A DNA stretch of 60,907 bases from an uncultured Bacillota bacterium (GTDB lineage: Bacteria; Bacillota_I; Bacilli_A; RF39; UBA660). The stretch lies in the NCBI GenBank assembly GCA_946625165.1, contig CAMOSR010000002.1, positions 1 through 60,907 on the forward strand, given 5' to 3'. Within the stretch, counting starts at the first letter, position 1. Each line of letters opens with the position of its first letter. This document shows, one piece after another, positions 28,328 to 36,284 of the stretch. The position numbers and the translations under genes are program-made. The notes below the pieces were generated by a model, which was not told the DNA's origin, did no database searches, and was given only the letters and a program-made list of their open reading frames with translations.

Positions 28328-28653
28328 CTTCCTAGTTTCCCTTCTCTATTTTGTTCTATCTCTTTTCTATTTTCTTCCAGCTCTTTTTTTATGGCTTGCA
28401 GATTAGCTAAGTTATTTCCATAATCTTTATCCAATCGTGCAGTCAAAGATGCTGAGCCGGCAGTTGCTATTACGGCTGCAATAGTTAGCGGGATCATATC
28501 AGGATCATTTGGTATTCCTAAAGCCGCAACTATAGAAGCCACTCCACACATTACAGCTAGACCAAATGTGCCCATAATTGTTGCTGGTCCCTTTTTTATC
28601 TCGTAAGCCACTTGCTCATAGGCATATTCTAATTTTTTTGTATCTTTTTCCAT
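28324..28653 (-). CDS. Small membrane protein, hypothetical
   Basis: 109 aa with two Gly/Ala-rich hydrophobic helices and a charged C-terminal helix. Confidence 0.45.
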   Translation of the reverse strand: MEKDTKKLEYAYEQVAYEIKKGPATIMGTFGLAVMCGVASIVAALGIPNDPDMIPLTIAAVIATAGSASLTARLDKDYGNNLANLQAIKKELEENRKEIEQNREGKLGR

Positions 28654-28729
28654 ATTAACCTCCTGCTTTTTTTATAACACAATTCATTATATTTATCAAT
28701 ATTTTTGTCTTTTGTTTACATATTACTTT

Positions 28730-29539
28730 TTATTTTTGACATTTTTTGCAGTAATATGTTCCTCTACCACCTACTGTTATTTTAGAAATGCTATTTTTAC
28801 ATATTGGGCACTGCTTTTTGGTATGAACAAGTAATTCTGATTGAAATCTTCCATGAACACCTTCACTTGATGTATAACTTTTTATAGTAGTCCCTCCATT
28901 TTCGATAGCTTTAGATAAGATGTCTCTAGTATTATCAATTATATTTTGACAATCTTTTTTAGTTAAAGTAGCTGCTTGTTTTAGTGGGTTTATTTTACTT
29001 TTAAATAGTATTTCATCAGCGTATATGTTTCCTATTCCAACTATTATACTTTGGTCTAATAGTTCTGTTTTTATAGGCTTATGATGAAACTTTTCTTTTA
29101 AATATTTTGGCGTTAGCTTTATATCCCATGGTTCTAAGCCTAAATCTTTTAACGGTTTTACGTTATAAACTTCTTCTTTTTTTATTAAATACATTTTCCC
29201 GAATTTTCTAGTATCATTATATCTTAAATCTACGTCATCATCAAAATGGAAGATAACGTGCTGGTGTTTTTCTTTTGGATCTTTTTTATTTTTTATAAAG
29301 TATTTCCCTTCCATTCTTAAATGACTTAGTAAATAGTAGTCATTTAATTCAAACATTAGCCATTTCCCATATCTATTTATATCTAATATTACTTGATTTT
29401 TTATTTTTTTTTCAAATTCTTTTACTTCTGGGTACGCAATTATATTTGACCAGTAAATAGATGCTGAAAGGATTTTTTTATTTAATACTTCTTTTTTGAG
29501 TGCTCTTCTTACAGTTTCAACTTCGGGTAGTTCTGGCAT
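28730..29539 (-). CDS. mutM: Formamidopyrimidine-DNA glycosylase
   Basis: The MPELPEVETVRR start is needed for the catalytic N-terminal Pro. C-terminal zinc finger CPICKN...YYCKKCQ. GAAGGTGAT Shine-Dalgarno before the ATG at 29539. Confidence 0.92.
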   Translation of the reverse strand: MPELPEVETVRRALKKEVLNKKILSASIYWSNIIAYPEVKEFEKKIKNQVILDINRYGKWLMFELNDYYLLSHLRMEGKYFIKNKKDPKEKHQHVIFHFDDDVDLRYNDTRKFGKMYLIKKEEVYNVKPLKDLGLEPWDIKLTPKYLKEKFHHKPIKTELLDQSIIVGIGNIYADEILFKSKINPLKQAATLTKKDCQNIIDNTRDILSKAIENGGTTIKSYTSSEGVHGRFQSELLVHTKKQCPICKNSISKITVGGRGTYYCKKCQK

Positions 29540-29603
29540 AATATCACCTTCTTTGTTATTATAGCATATTTTTAAGTTTTTCATATGATATATTGGTGAT
29601 GGT

Positions 29604-29861
29604 GTGTATAATTTAAATGATGTTTATTTAGCTTCTAAAATATTAGGTTTTACCTTTGATAAGTTTTCACCTGATGATTTTTTAGAAGGGATAAATATAG
29701 AGTCTGAACACGGACTTATAAATCCTAAAACTAATGTTACTAATGATGATTTAATAGTTACTTCAAAAATAGCTCTTGCTCATTTAAATGAATTTCCAAA
29801 TTATTATAATAAAGAATATGGATTAAAGGTATTTGAAAATTTTTTAAAAAGTAAATTGTAA
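29604..29861 (+). CDS. DUF5661-like small protein
   Basis: GTG start after GGTGAT. Contains ESEHG, TNVTNDD, KIALAHLNEFPNYY. Confidence 0.45.
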   Translation: MYNLNDVYLASKILGFTFDKFSPDDFLEGINIESEHGLINPKTNVTNDDLIVTSKIALAHLNEFPNYYNKEYGLKVFENFLKSKL

Positions 29862-29884
29862 AATAATTTGTAATGTGTTAGAAT
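29856..29884 (+). promoter_or_regulatory. Sigma-A promoter of the serS-operon leader
   Basis: TTGTAA, a 17-nt spacer, then TAGAAT, with TG 1 nt upstream of the -10 (extended -10). Confidence 0.5.
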
Positions 29885-29890
29885 ATGTTT

Positions 29891-30099
29891 ATGGGATTAC
29901 CATATTAAATTCGATGATAAAGATTAGTAATATAATGTTTTATTTAAAAGAGAGTTAGTGGCTGGTGGAAACTAATAATAAACTTATATGAATCTACTTT
30001 GGAGTGAGGCTAATCACCTCCGGCTATTTGCCGTTATGCTAATTAAGACTATGTTAGGATGGTACCGTCTTTAGTGACTCCTTACGCATAGTCTTTTTA
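29891..30099 (+). promoter_or_regulatory. T-box leader (serine UCU specifier) with terminator
   Basis: I see GATGA (K-turn region), AGAGAG, GGTGGAA and GAA-TCT-A before helix CTTTG. The T-box sequence is TTAGGATGGTACCGTC. The terminator is AAGACTATG...CATAGTCTT followed by TTT. Confidence 0.85.
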
Positions 30100-30114
30100 T
30101 TTAAGGAGATGTTT

Positions 30115-30573
30115 ATGGAAGAAATTGAAGATAAAATTACTCTTCTTTTGGAAGAAAAGGAAAAACTTCTTAAAGATAGAGAAAGCAATAGAATGCAGAT
30201 TTCAATTTGTGAGCAGGAAATATTTATGTATGCTCATTTATATGATACTTTGTCTGGGCTTATGATAATTAAAAGGAAAAATATTGAAGGTTATTTGACT
30301 TTACTTGATTATAAGCGAAACAGTACACCTTTTGTTTGGCCAGGGTTAACATCTGGATATGGTCATATTTTGCCGATGATTGACCAACTTCAAGAAGAAT
30401 ATGATGATCTTAGTTCGAGGGCTGAAAAGTATAAAGAGATTATAAAACTGTATACTAATAAAAAAGAGGTTTTGGATCTTTCGAACGAAGAGATTGAAGA
30501 CAGAATTCGTGAAATTGAAAATGAGCTTGATATAAAGCCAAGTTTTGTTAAAAAAATAGAAATGGGAGAATGA
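30115..30573 (+). CDS. Hypothetical coiled-coil protein, first gene of the T-box(Ser) operon
   Basis: 152 aa. AAGGAG lies 6 nt before the ATG at 30115. Glu/Lys-rich helical ends flank a central WPGLTSGYGHILP segment. Confidence 0.6.
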   Translation: MEEIEDKITLLLEEKEKLLKDRESNRMQISICEQEIFMYAHLYDTLSGLMIIKRKNIEGYLTLLDYKRNSTPFVWPGLTSGYGHILPMIDQLQEEYDDLSSRAEKYKEIIKLYTNKKEVLDLSNEEIEDRIREIENELDIKPSFVKKIEMGE

Positions 30574-30575
30574 TT

Positions 30576-30785
30576 ATGGATAGTGATATGAAAGAAGATT
30601 TAGAAAAATACAAAGAAGAATACAAGCAATTAAAAAAAATGGTCTCCAGAGCAATGGCGAGTGGAGCTTCAAAAGAAAGAATCGACATACTTAGTGAAAA
30701 AATGTTTGATTTATTATTTAAAATTAAAGTATTAGAGGGTGAAATTGGACAGGTCAATGAAAGTAAGGGAGGAAAATCAAGATGA
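30576..30785 (+). CDS. Hypothetical small helical protein, second gene of the T-box(Ser) operon
   Basis: 69-71 aa. GGGAGA Shine-Dalgarno. The start is at 30570 (ATGA overlap with the upstream stop) or 30576. Its TGA overlaps the serS ATG. Confidence 0.55.
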   Translation: MDSDMKEDLEKYKEEYKQLKKMVSRAMASGASKERIDILSEKMFDLLFKIKVLEGEIGQVNESKGGKSR

Positions 30786-32065
30786 TAGATATCAAATTAA
30801 TTAGAGAAAATAGAGAGTTAGTTAAGGAAAATATTAGAAAAAAATTTCAAGATAAGAAATTACCTTTAGTAGATGAGGTATTTGAACTTGATAAAAAATG
30901 TAGAGAAGCTCAACTTAATGGTGATAAATTAAGGGCATTAAAGAATGAAAAAAGCGCTTTAATTGGTTCACTTATGCGTGAAGGAAAAAAAGATGAAGCA
31001 GAAAAAATTAAGGCTGAGGTAGGAAAATATGGCAATGAAATTTTAGAATGTGAGAAAACTTATGAAGAGCTAAGCCTAAAAATAAAGGAAAATATGATGC
31101 TTATTCCAAATATAATCGATGAATCTGTTCCTATTGGTGAAGATGATACTAAAAATGTTGAAATAGAAAAATTTGGTGAGCCAGTGGTTCCTTCATTTGA
31201 AATTCCTCATCATGCCGATATATGTGCAAAGCTAAATGGGCTGGATAAGGAAAGTGCTGGTAGAACTAGTGGTAATGGTTTTTACTATTTAATCGGTGAT
31301 ATTGCAAGACTACACTCTGCTATGCTTAGTTATGCAAGAGATTTTATGATTGATAAAGGTTTTACTTACGCTATCCCACCTTTTATGATTAGAGGCGATG
31401 TTGTAAATGGTGTTATGAGTTTTGAAGAAATGGATGCGATGATGTATAAAATTGAAGGTGAAGATTTATATTTAATTGGTACTTCTGAACATTCAATGAT
31501 TGGTAAATTTAAAGATCAAATTATAAAAGAAAATGAACTACCTATTACTTTAACTTCTTATTCTCCTTGTTTTAGAAAAGAAGTTGGATCTCATGGCATT
31601 GAAGAACGTGGGTTATATAGGGTTCATCAATTTGAAAAGCAAGAAATGGTTGTTTTGTGCAAGCCTGAAGATGGTATGGACTGGTATAATAAGATGTGGT
31701 CTTATACTGTGGAATTCTTTAGGAGTTTAGATATTCCAGTTAGAACTTTAGAATGTTGTAGTGGTGATTTAGCTGATTTAAAGGTTAAATCTTGTGACGT
31801 TGAAGCTTGGTCACCTCGCCAGCAAAAATATTTTGAAGTTGGTTCTTGTTCAATACTTGGAGATGCGCAAGCTAGAAGACTTGGTATTAGGATGAAAACA
31901 GAAAGTGGCAATAAATTTGTAACAACTTTAAATAACACGGTTTTAGCTACACCTAGAGGTTTAATTGCTTTCTTAGAAAATAATGTAAATGAAGATGGTA
32001 GTGTTAATATACCTGAAGTATTAAGGCCTTATATGGGCGGTAAAGAAAAACTCGAGATTAAATAA
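30782..32065 (+). CDS. serS: Serine--tRNA ligase (divergent, archaeal/eukaryotic-like motifs)
   Basis: N-terminal coiled coil. Contains FYYL, LIGTSEH, CFRKEVGSHG, RVHQFEK and TLNNTVLATPR. Class II motifs 1-3. Confidence 0.92.
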   Translation: MIDIKLIRENRELVKENIRKKFQDKKLPLVDEVFELDKKCREAQLNGDKLRALKNEKSALIGSLMREGKKDEAEKIKAEVGKYGNEILECEKTYEELSLKIKENMMLIPNIIDESVPIGEDDTKNVEIEKFGEPVVPSFEIPHHADICAKLNGLDKESAGRTSGNGFYYLIGDIARLHSAMLSYARDFMIDKGFTYAIPPFMIRGDVVNGVMSFEEMDAMMYKIEGEDLYLIGTSEHSMIGKFKDQIIKENELPITLTSYSPCFRKEVGSHGIEERGLYRVHQFEKQEMVVLCKPEDGMDWYNKMWSYTVEFFRSLDIPVRTLECCSGDLADLKVKSCDVEAWSPRQQKYFEVGSCSILGDAQARRLGIRMKTESGNKFVTTLNNTVLATPRGLIAFLENNVNEDGSVNIPEVLRPYMGGKEKLEIK

Positions 32066-32080
32066 TCTCGGGTTTATTTT
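32051..32080 (+). terminator. serS terminator
   Basis: CTCGAGATT-AAAT-AATCTCGG followed by GTTTATTTT. Overlaps the stop codon. Confidence 0.55.
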
Positions 32081-32092
32081 ATGACTTTCTAG

Positions 32093-32683
32093 TTAATAAG
32101 TTTTATTTTTATCTTGTTGTTTTTGCATATGATATTCTTCTAAAGTATCTATGTTTTTTTCTTTCATTTCTAAAGCTATTTCTGGGCCAACAAATCTAAA
32201 ATGCCAACGCTCATATTTATAACCAGTTATTTCTTCTTTACCCTTTGGGTATCTTAAAATGTAACCAAATTTATAGGCGTTTTCTCTCATCCATATTAAT
32301 TCAGGATCTTCGTCAGATGATTCTTCTATCATTACTCCATCTCTTCTAGAAATCACATCAAAAGCTAAACCAGTCTGGTGTTCGCTTCCTCCTGGAGGAG
32401 CTACTCTTTTTTTGGCCTCATCGATTCCTAACTCTTCTGCGTAACTATCGAAAACTCTTTTTTGATAGTCATATGATCTATATGAAGAATCGATAAATAT
32501 TTCATACCCTTCTTGTTTTGCTGCAGCTTGCATCAATTTAAAGTAAGCATATGCAACTTTGTTTAACCTATTTACATATGTCTTATCAATTTTAGATCCC
32601 ATTGGTTCATGAATTTCTACCATGTCTGGAACATAGTCTGCTGGAAGTCGGTTTTCTTTATTTACTAATTGCGAAAAGTCCAT
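32093..32683 (-). CDS. D-alanyl-D-alanine carboxypeptidase, VanY/M15B family
   Basis: Contains SYRSYDYQ, SEHQTGLAFDV and ERWHFRFVG (zinc ligands). Confidence 0.85.
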   Translation of the reverse strand: MDFSQLVNKENRLPADYVPDMVEIHEPMGSKIDKTYVNRLNKVAYAYFKLMQAAAKQEGYEIFIDSSYRSYDYQKRVFDSYAEELGIDEAKKRVAPPGGSEHQTGLAFDVISRRDGVMIEESSDEDPELIWMRENAYKFGYILRYPKGKEEITGYKYERWHFRFVGPEIALEMKEKNIDTLEEYHMQKQQDKNKTY

Positions 32684-32716
32684 ATAATTTCCTCCTTTTT
32701 ATAAAATTTATTTTAT

Positions 32717-32744
32717 ATTATACACTTGTTTTTTTTTATGTCAA
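32717..32744 (-). promoter_or_regulatory. Sigma-A promoter for the VanY-family gene
   Basis: TTGACA, a 16-nt spacer, then TATAAT. Confidence 0.5.
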
Positions 32745-32762
32745 TTGAAAGCTTTTATTTAT

Positions 32763-33602
32763 CTAATATGGGTTTACATGGATAATAATATTAGCTACTG
32801 TTTTATCTTTTTCCTTTACTTCTTTTTCAATATGATCAATTCTTTTATGGACATTTTCTAATGTCATGTTCTTGTCCATAACTACTTCACAGTCTATTTT
32901 TTTTAGTGTTCCATATTTAATAATTATGAGTTTATCTATATCAATTATGTCCTTATGACTTTTGATCGTTTGTTTTATATTATCTATATAATCTTTATCT
33001 AGGACTTGTTTTCCTAATAAGTTACTTATATTTTCCTTTAATATTTCAAAGGCGATTTTTAATATTAATATTCCAACTATAATCATAGCTATTTTATCTG
33101 AATAGGTAAATACTTTGGATAATAATACTGATACTAAAACTACCAGAGAGCTTATGACGTCTGAGAAACTTTCTTTGCCTGATGATGTTAAAATGTCACT
33201 GTCATATTCTTTTCCTTTTCTTAGTAAGTATTTTGATAAAACTAATTTTGATATGATGGCAACTAAACTTATTACAGCTGTAAAGGTATTTGGAATATTT
33301 GAAGCTTTGGCAACTGCTTCGTGAATAACATTCACACCCATTGTGGCTACTATTATACCAATAACTAAACAAGTTATATACTCAGCATTTCCATGGCCAT
33401 ATGGATGTTCATTGTCGGCTGGTTTTCTAGAAATAGTATTACCGAATACAGCAAATACATCTGTGAACATGTCACTTAACGAATGAACACCATCGGCTAT
33501 TAAGGCGCCTGATGTGCCTATAAAACCAAAAACTATTTTTAGTATGGCTAGAAATACATTAGTAATAAAACTTATAGTTATTACTCTATTTACTTTATCC
33601 AT
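32763..33602 (-). CDS. Cation diffusion facilitator family transporter
   Basis: Six TM segments, with HSLSDM and HPYGHGNAEY motifs and a C-terminal cytoplasmic domain. Confidence 0.8.
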   Translation of the reverse strand: MDKVNRVITISFITNVFLAILKIVFGFIGTSGALIADGVHSLSDMFTDVFAVFGNTISRKPADNEHPYGHGNAEYITCLVIGIIVATMGVNVIHEAVAKASNIPNTFTAVISLVAIISKLVLSKYLLRKGKEYDSDILTSSGKESFSDVISSLVVLVSVLLSKVFTYSDKIAMIIVGILILKIAFEILKENISNLLGKQVLDKDYIDNIKQTIKSHKDIIDIDKLIIIKYGTLKKIDCEVVMDKNMTLENVHKRIDHIEKEVKEKDKTVANIIIHVNPY

Positions 33603-33612
33603 GTGTCACCTT

Positions 33613-36183
33613 CTACTTGGCTTCAAACCAGTTTTTACCATAGTTTACCGATACGTTTAATGGAACTTTTAATTCATATACGTTGTCCATAATGTCAGTA
33701 ACTATTTTATTTAATTTTTCTAGCTCTTCTTCGTATAAGTCAAAAACCAGCTCATCGTGAACTTGAATGATCATTTTACTTTTTAAATTATTTTCTTTTA
33801 ACGCTTTATACACTTTAACCATCGCAAGTTTGATAATGTCGGCAGCTGTTCCTTGGATTGGTGTATTTAAAGCAATTCTTTCACCACTTTGTCTTATTGT
33901 ATAAACAGTGTTTTTTAATTCTGGAATATTTCTTTTTCTTCCAAACATTGTTTTTACATAACCTTTTTCTTTGGCGTCTTTAATTGTTTTTTCCATATAT
34001 TCATTAATGCCTGGATATGTTTCTAAATATGTTTTTATAAATTCGTTTGCTTCTTTGGCACTTACACCAATATTTTCTCCAAGTCCAAATCCACTTATTC
34101 CATAGATGATTCCAAAGTTGACAGCTTTAGCGACTCTTCGCATCTCACTTGTAACTAACTTTTCTGGAACTTTAAATATGTCGCTAGCTGTTTTAGAATG
34201 AATATCTTTTCCTTCTTTAAAGGCTTGTTGTAAGGATTTTACGTCAGCCATATGAGCTAAGATTCTAAGTTCAATTTGGGAATAGTCTGCTCCATATATA
34301 TAATCGTGCTGGGGAATAAAAGCTTTCCTTATATTTCTTCCTATTTCATCTCTAATTGGAATATTTTGAAGGTTTGGTTCAATCGAAGAAAGCCTTCCTG
34401 TTCTAGTTAAGTTTTGGGTATAGATAGTATGAATTTTTCCATTATAAATGCATGTAAGTAAGCCTTCAATATATGTACTATAAACTTTTGATAGCTTTCT
34501 ATATTCTATGATTTGACCTATTATTGGATGTTTTCCTTCTAGTTTTTTTAGAACGTCGATAGCTGTAGATGTATTGTTTTTTTTATGGGGTAAATTTAAT
34601 CTTTCAAATAGTACTTCAGCTAATTGTTTAGGTGATGATATATTAAATTCCATTCCGGCAGAGTTATATATATCTTTGGTTAGTAATTCTAGTTTAATTT
34701 TGATATCTTCTCCTTGGTCTTTTAAAATTTCACTGTCTACTTTAACCCCGGTATATTCCATGTCAGCTAAAACTTCAGCTAAGGGGAACTCAATATCATT
34801 GAATAGAAATTCTAGGTTTTCTTCTTTTATTTTATTTTGGAAAAATTCTCTTGTTTCCCATATAAATTTAGCTCTATTTACCGTTTCTTTTGCTATTACG
34901 TCAATATCTGGCATAGTTAAATGATTACTTTTTCCATAAATATTTTCGTAAAATTCTAGTTTATAATCTAGCTGATTTGCAAGATAAGCAACATCATCTT
35001 TCATATTATAGTCAAGTAAGGCTCCCGCAATCATAGTATCAAATATGGTGTTTTCGGTTTCAATGTTTTGATATTTTAAAGCTACAATAATCTTCTTTAA
35101 ATCATAGGTATATTTATTATTTTTTATCAGAAACTCTGGATTTTGTTTTAGTATTTCTAATGGTACATAGTATGAAATATTATCGTTATATATTCCCATA
35201 CCAATTATTTGGGCATTATGATAATTTGAGCCAAAAATTTCTAAGTATACGGCAATATCTCCTTCTATATTTAATTCACTTACGTCATTTATTATTTTTG
35301 CTTCTGTTTCTTTTTTCTTAAAGCTGTTTTGTTTTTTTAAAAAAGAATAAAATTCTAAATCTTCATATATTTTGTTTAGCTTTTCTCTATTTTCACCTAG
35401 GTATTTTGTGTCATTTATATCAATATCCATTTTTACGTCTTTAACGATAGTAGCTAGGTGATAGCTTTTATATGCATTTTCTTTATCTATCTGTAATTTT
35501 TCTTTTAGTTTTCCTTTTATACTTTCTATATTTTCATATATGCCATCTAATGTTTTATATTCTTGAAGTAGTTTTAAGGCTGTTTTTTCACCTACGCCTT
35601 TGACACCCGGAATATTATCTGAAGGATCTCCCATTAGAGCTTTTAAGTCAATAATATTTATTGGGTCTATACCCCACTGTTGTTTAAATGTTTTTTCATT
35701 ATATCTAATATAATCTTTTTGTTTTAATAGTTTTATATCGACATCTGGGCTTATTAACTGTAGTAGATCTTTATCACTACTAATAATAGTACCAACATAG
35801 TCTTCTTCTTCATCACAGTACTTAGCAAAAGTGCCTATTATGTCATCGGCTTCAAAGTTGTCTATTTCATAATACTTAATTCCCATGGCTCCTAAAATTT
35901 GTTTAGCTACTGGGAACTGCATTTTAAGTTCGCTTGGTGTTTCTACTCTACCATCTTTATAGCCTTCATATTCCTCGTGTCTAAAAGTTTTTCCTTTATC
36001 AAAGGCGACTATCATATATTCTGGTTCTTCTTCTTTGACTATTTTATTTATCATGTTTACGAATCCAAAAATGGCATTTGTTGGAAATCCTTTACTATTA
36101 TTCATAAAATTACCGTTATAGGCGGTTGCATAATAACTTCTAAAAAGTAAGTTGTTACCATCGACTAAGATTATCTTCTTCAT
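33613..36183 (-). CDS. polA: DNA polymerase I
   Basis: 5'-nuclease domain (LVDGNNLLFRSYYA), then a polymerase domain with DYSQIELRILAH, RRVAKAVNFGIIYG and QVHDELVF. Confidence 0.95.
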   Translation of the reverse strand: MKKIILVDGNNLLFRSYYATAYNGNFMNNSKGFPTNAIFGFVNMINKIVKEEEPEYMIVAFDKGKTFRHEEYEGYKDGRVETPSELKMQFPVAKQILGAMGIKYYEIDNFEADDIIGTFAKYCDEEEDYVGTIISSDKDLLQLISPDVDIKLLKQKDYIRYNEKTFKQQWGIDPINIIDLKALMGDPSDNIPGVKGVGEKTALKLLQEYKTLDGIYENIESIKGKLKEKLQIDKENAYKSYHLATIVKDVKMDIDINDTKYLGENREKLNKIYEDLEFYSFLKKQNSFKKKETEAKIINDVSELNIEGDIAVYLEIFGSNYHNAQIIGMGIYNDNISYYVPLEILKQNPEFLIKNNKYTYDLKKIIVALKYQNIETENTIFDTMIAGALLDYNMKDDVAYLANQLDYKLEFYENIYGKSNHLTMPDIDVIAKETVNRAKFIWETREFFQNKIKEENLEFLFNDIEFPLAEVLADMEYTGVKVDSEILKDQGEDIKIKLELLTKDIYNSAGMEFNISSPKQLAEVLFERLNLPHKKNNTSTAIDVLKKLEGKHPIIGQIIEYRKLSKVYSTYIEGLLTCIYNGKIHTIYTQNLTRTGRLSSIEPNLQNIPIRDEIGRNIRKAFIPQHDYIYGADYSQIELRILAHMADVKSLQQAFKEGKDIHSKTASDIFKVPEKLVTSEMRRVAKAVNFGIIYGISGFGLGENIGVSAKEANEFIKTYLETYPGINEYMEKTIKDAKEKGYVKTMFGRKRNIPELKNTVYTIRQSGERIALNTPIQGTAADIIKLAMVKVYKALKENNLKSKMIIQVHDELVFDLYEEELEKLNKIVTDIMDNVYELKVPLNVSVNYGKNWFEAK

Positions 36184-36218
36184 TTTATCACCACTTTAAT
36201 TATAAATAATTTTATAAA

Positions 36219-36243
36219 TAAAAACAACTCTTTCGAGCTGTTT
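36219..36243 (-). terminator. Terminator after the surface-protein gene
   Basis: On the minus strand, AACAGCTC-GAAA-GAGTTGTT is followed by TTTTATTT. Confidence 0.55.
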
Positions 36244-36284
36244 CGATTTTATAGTAATTAAATTTTTATAATATTTCACACTGA

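Noticed and set aside
29540-29584. 15-aa N-terminal extension on Fpg/MutM
   Set aside because: Fpg catalysis needs Pro as the first residue after Met removal. MPELPEV at 29539 has a GAAGGTGAT Shine-Dalgarno sequence.
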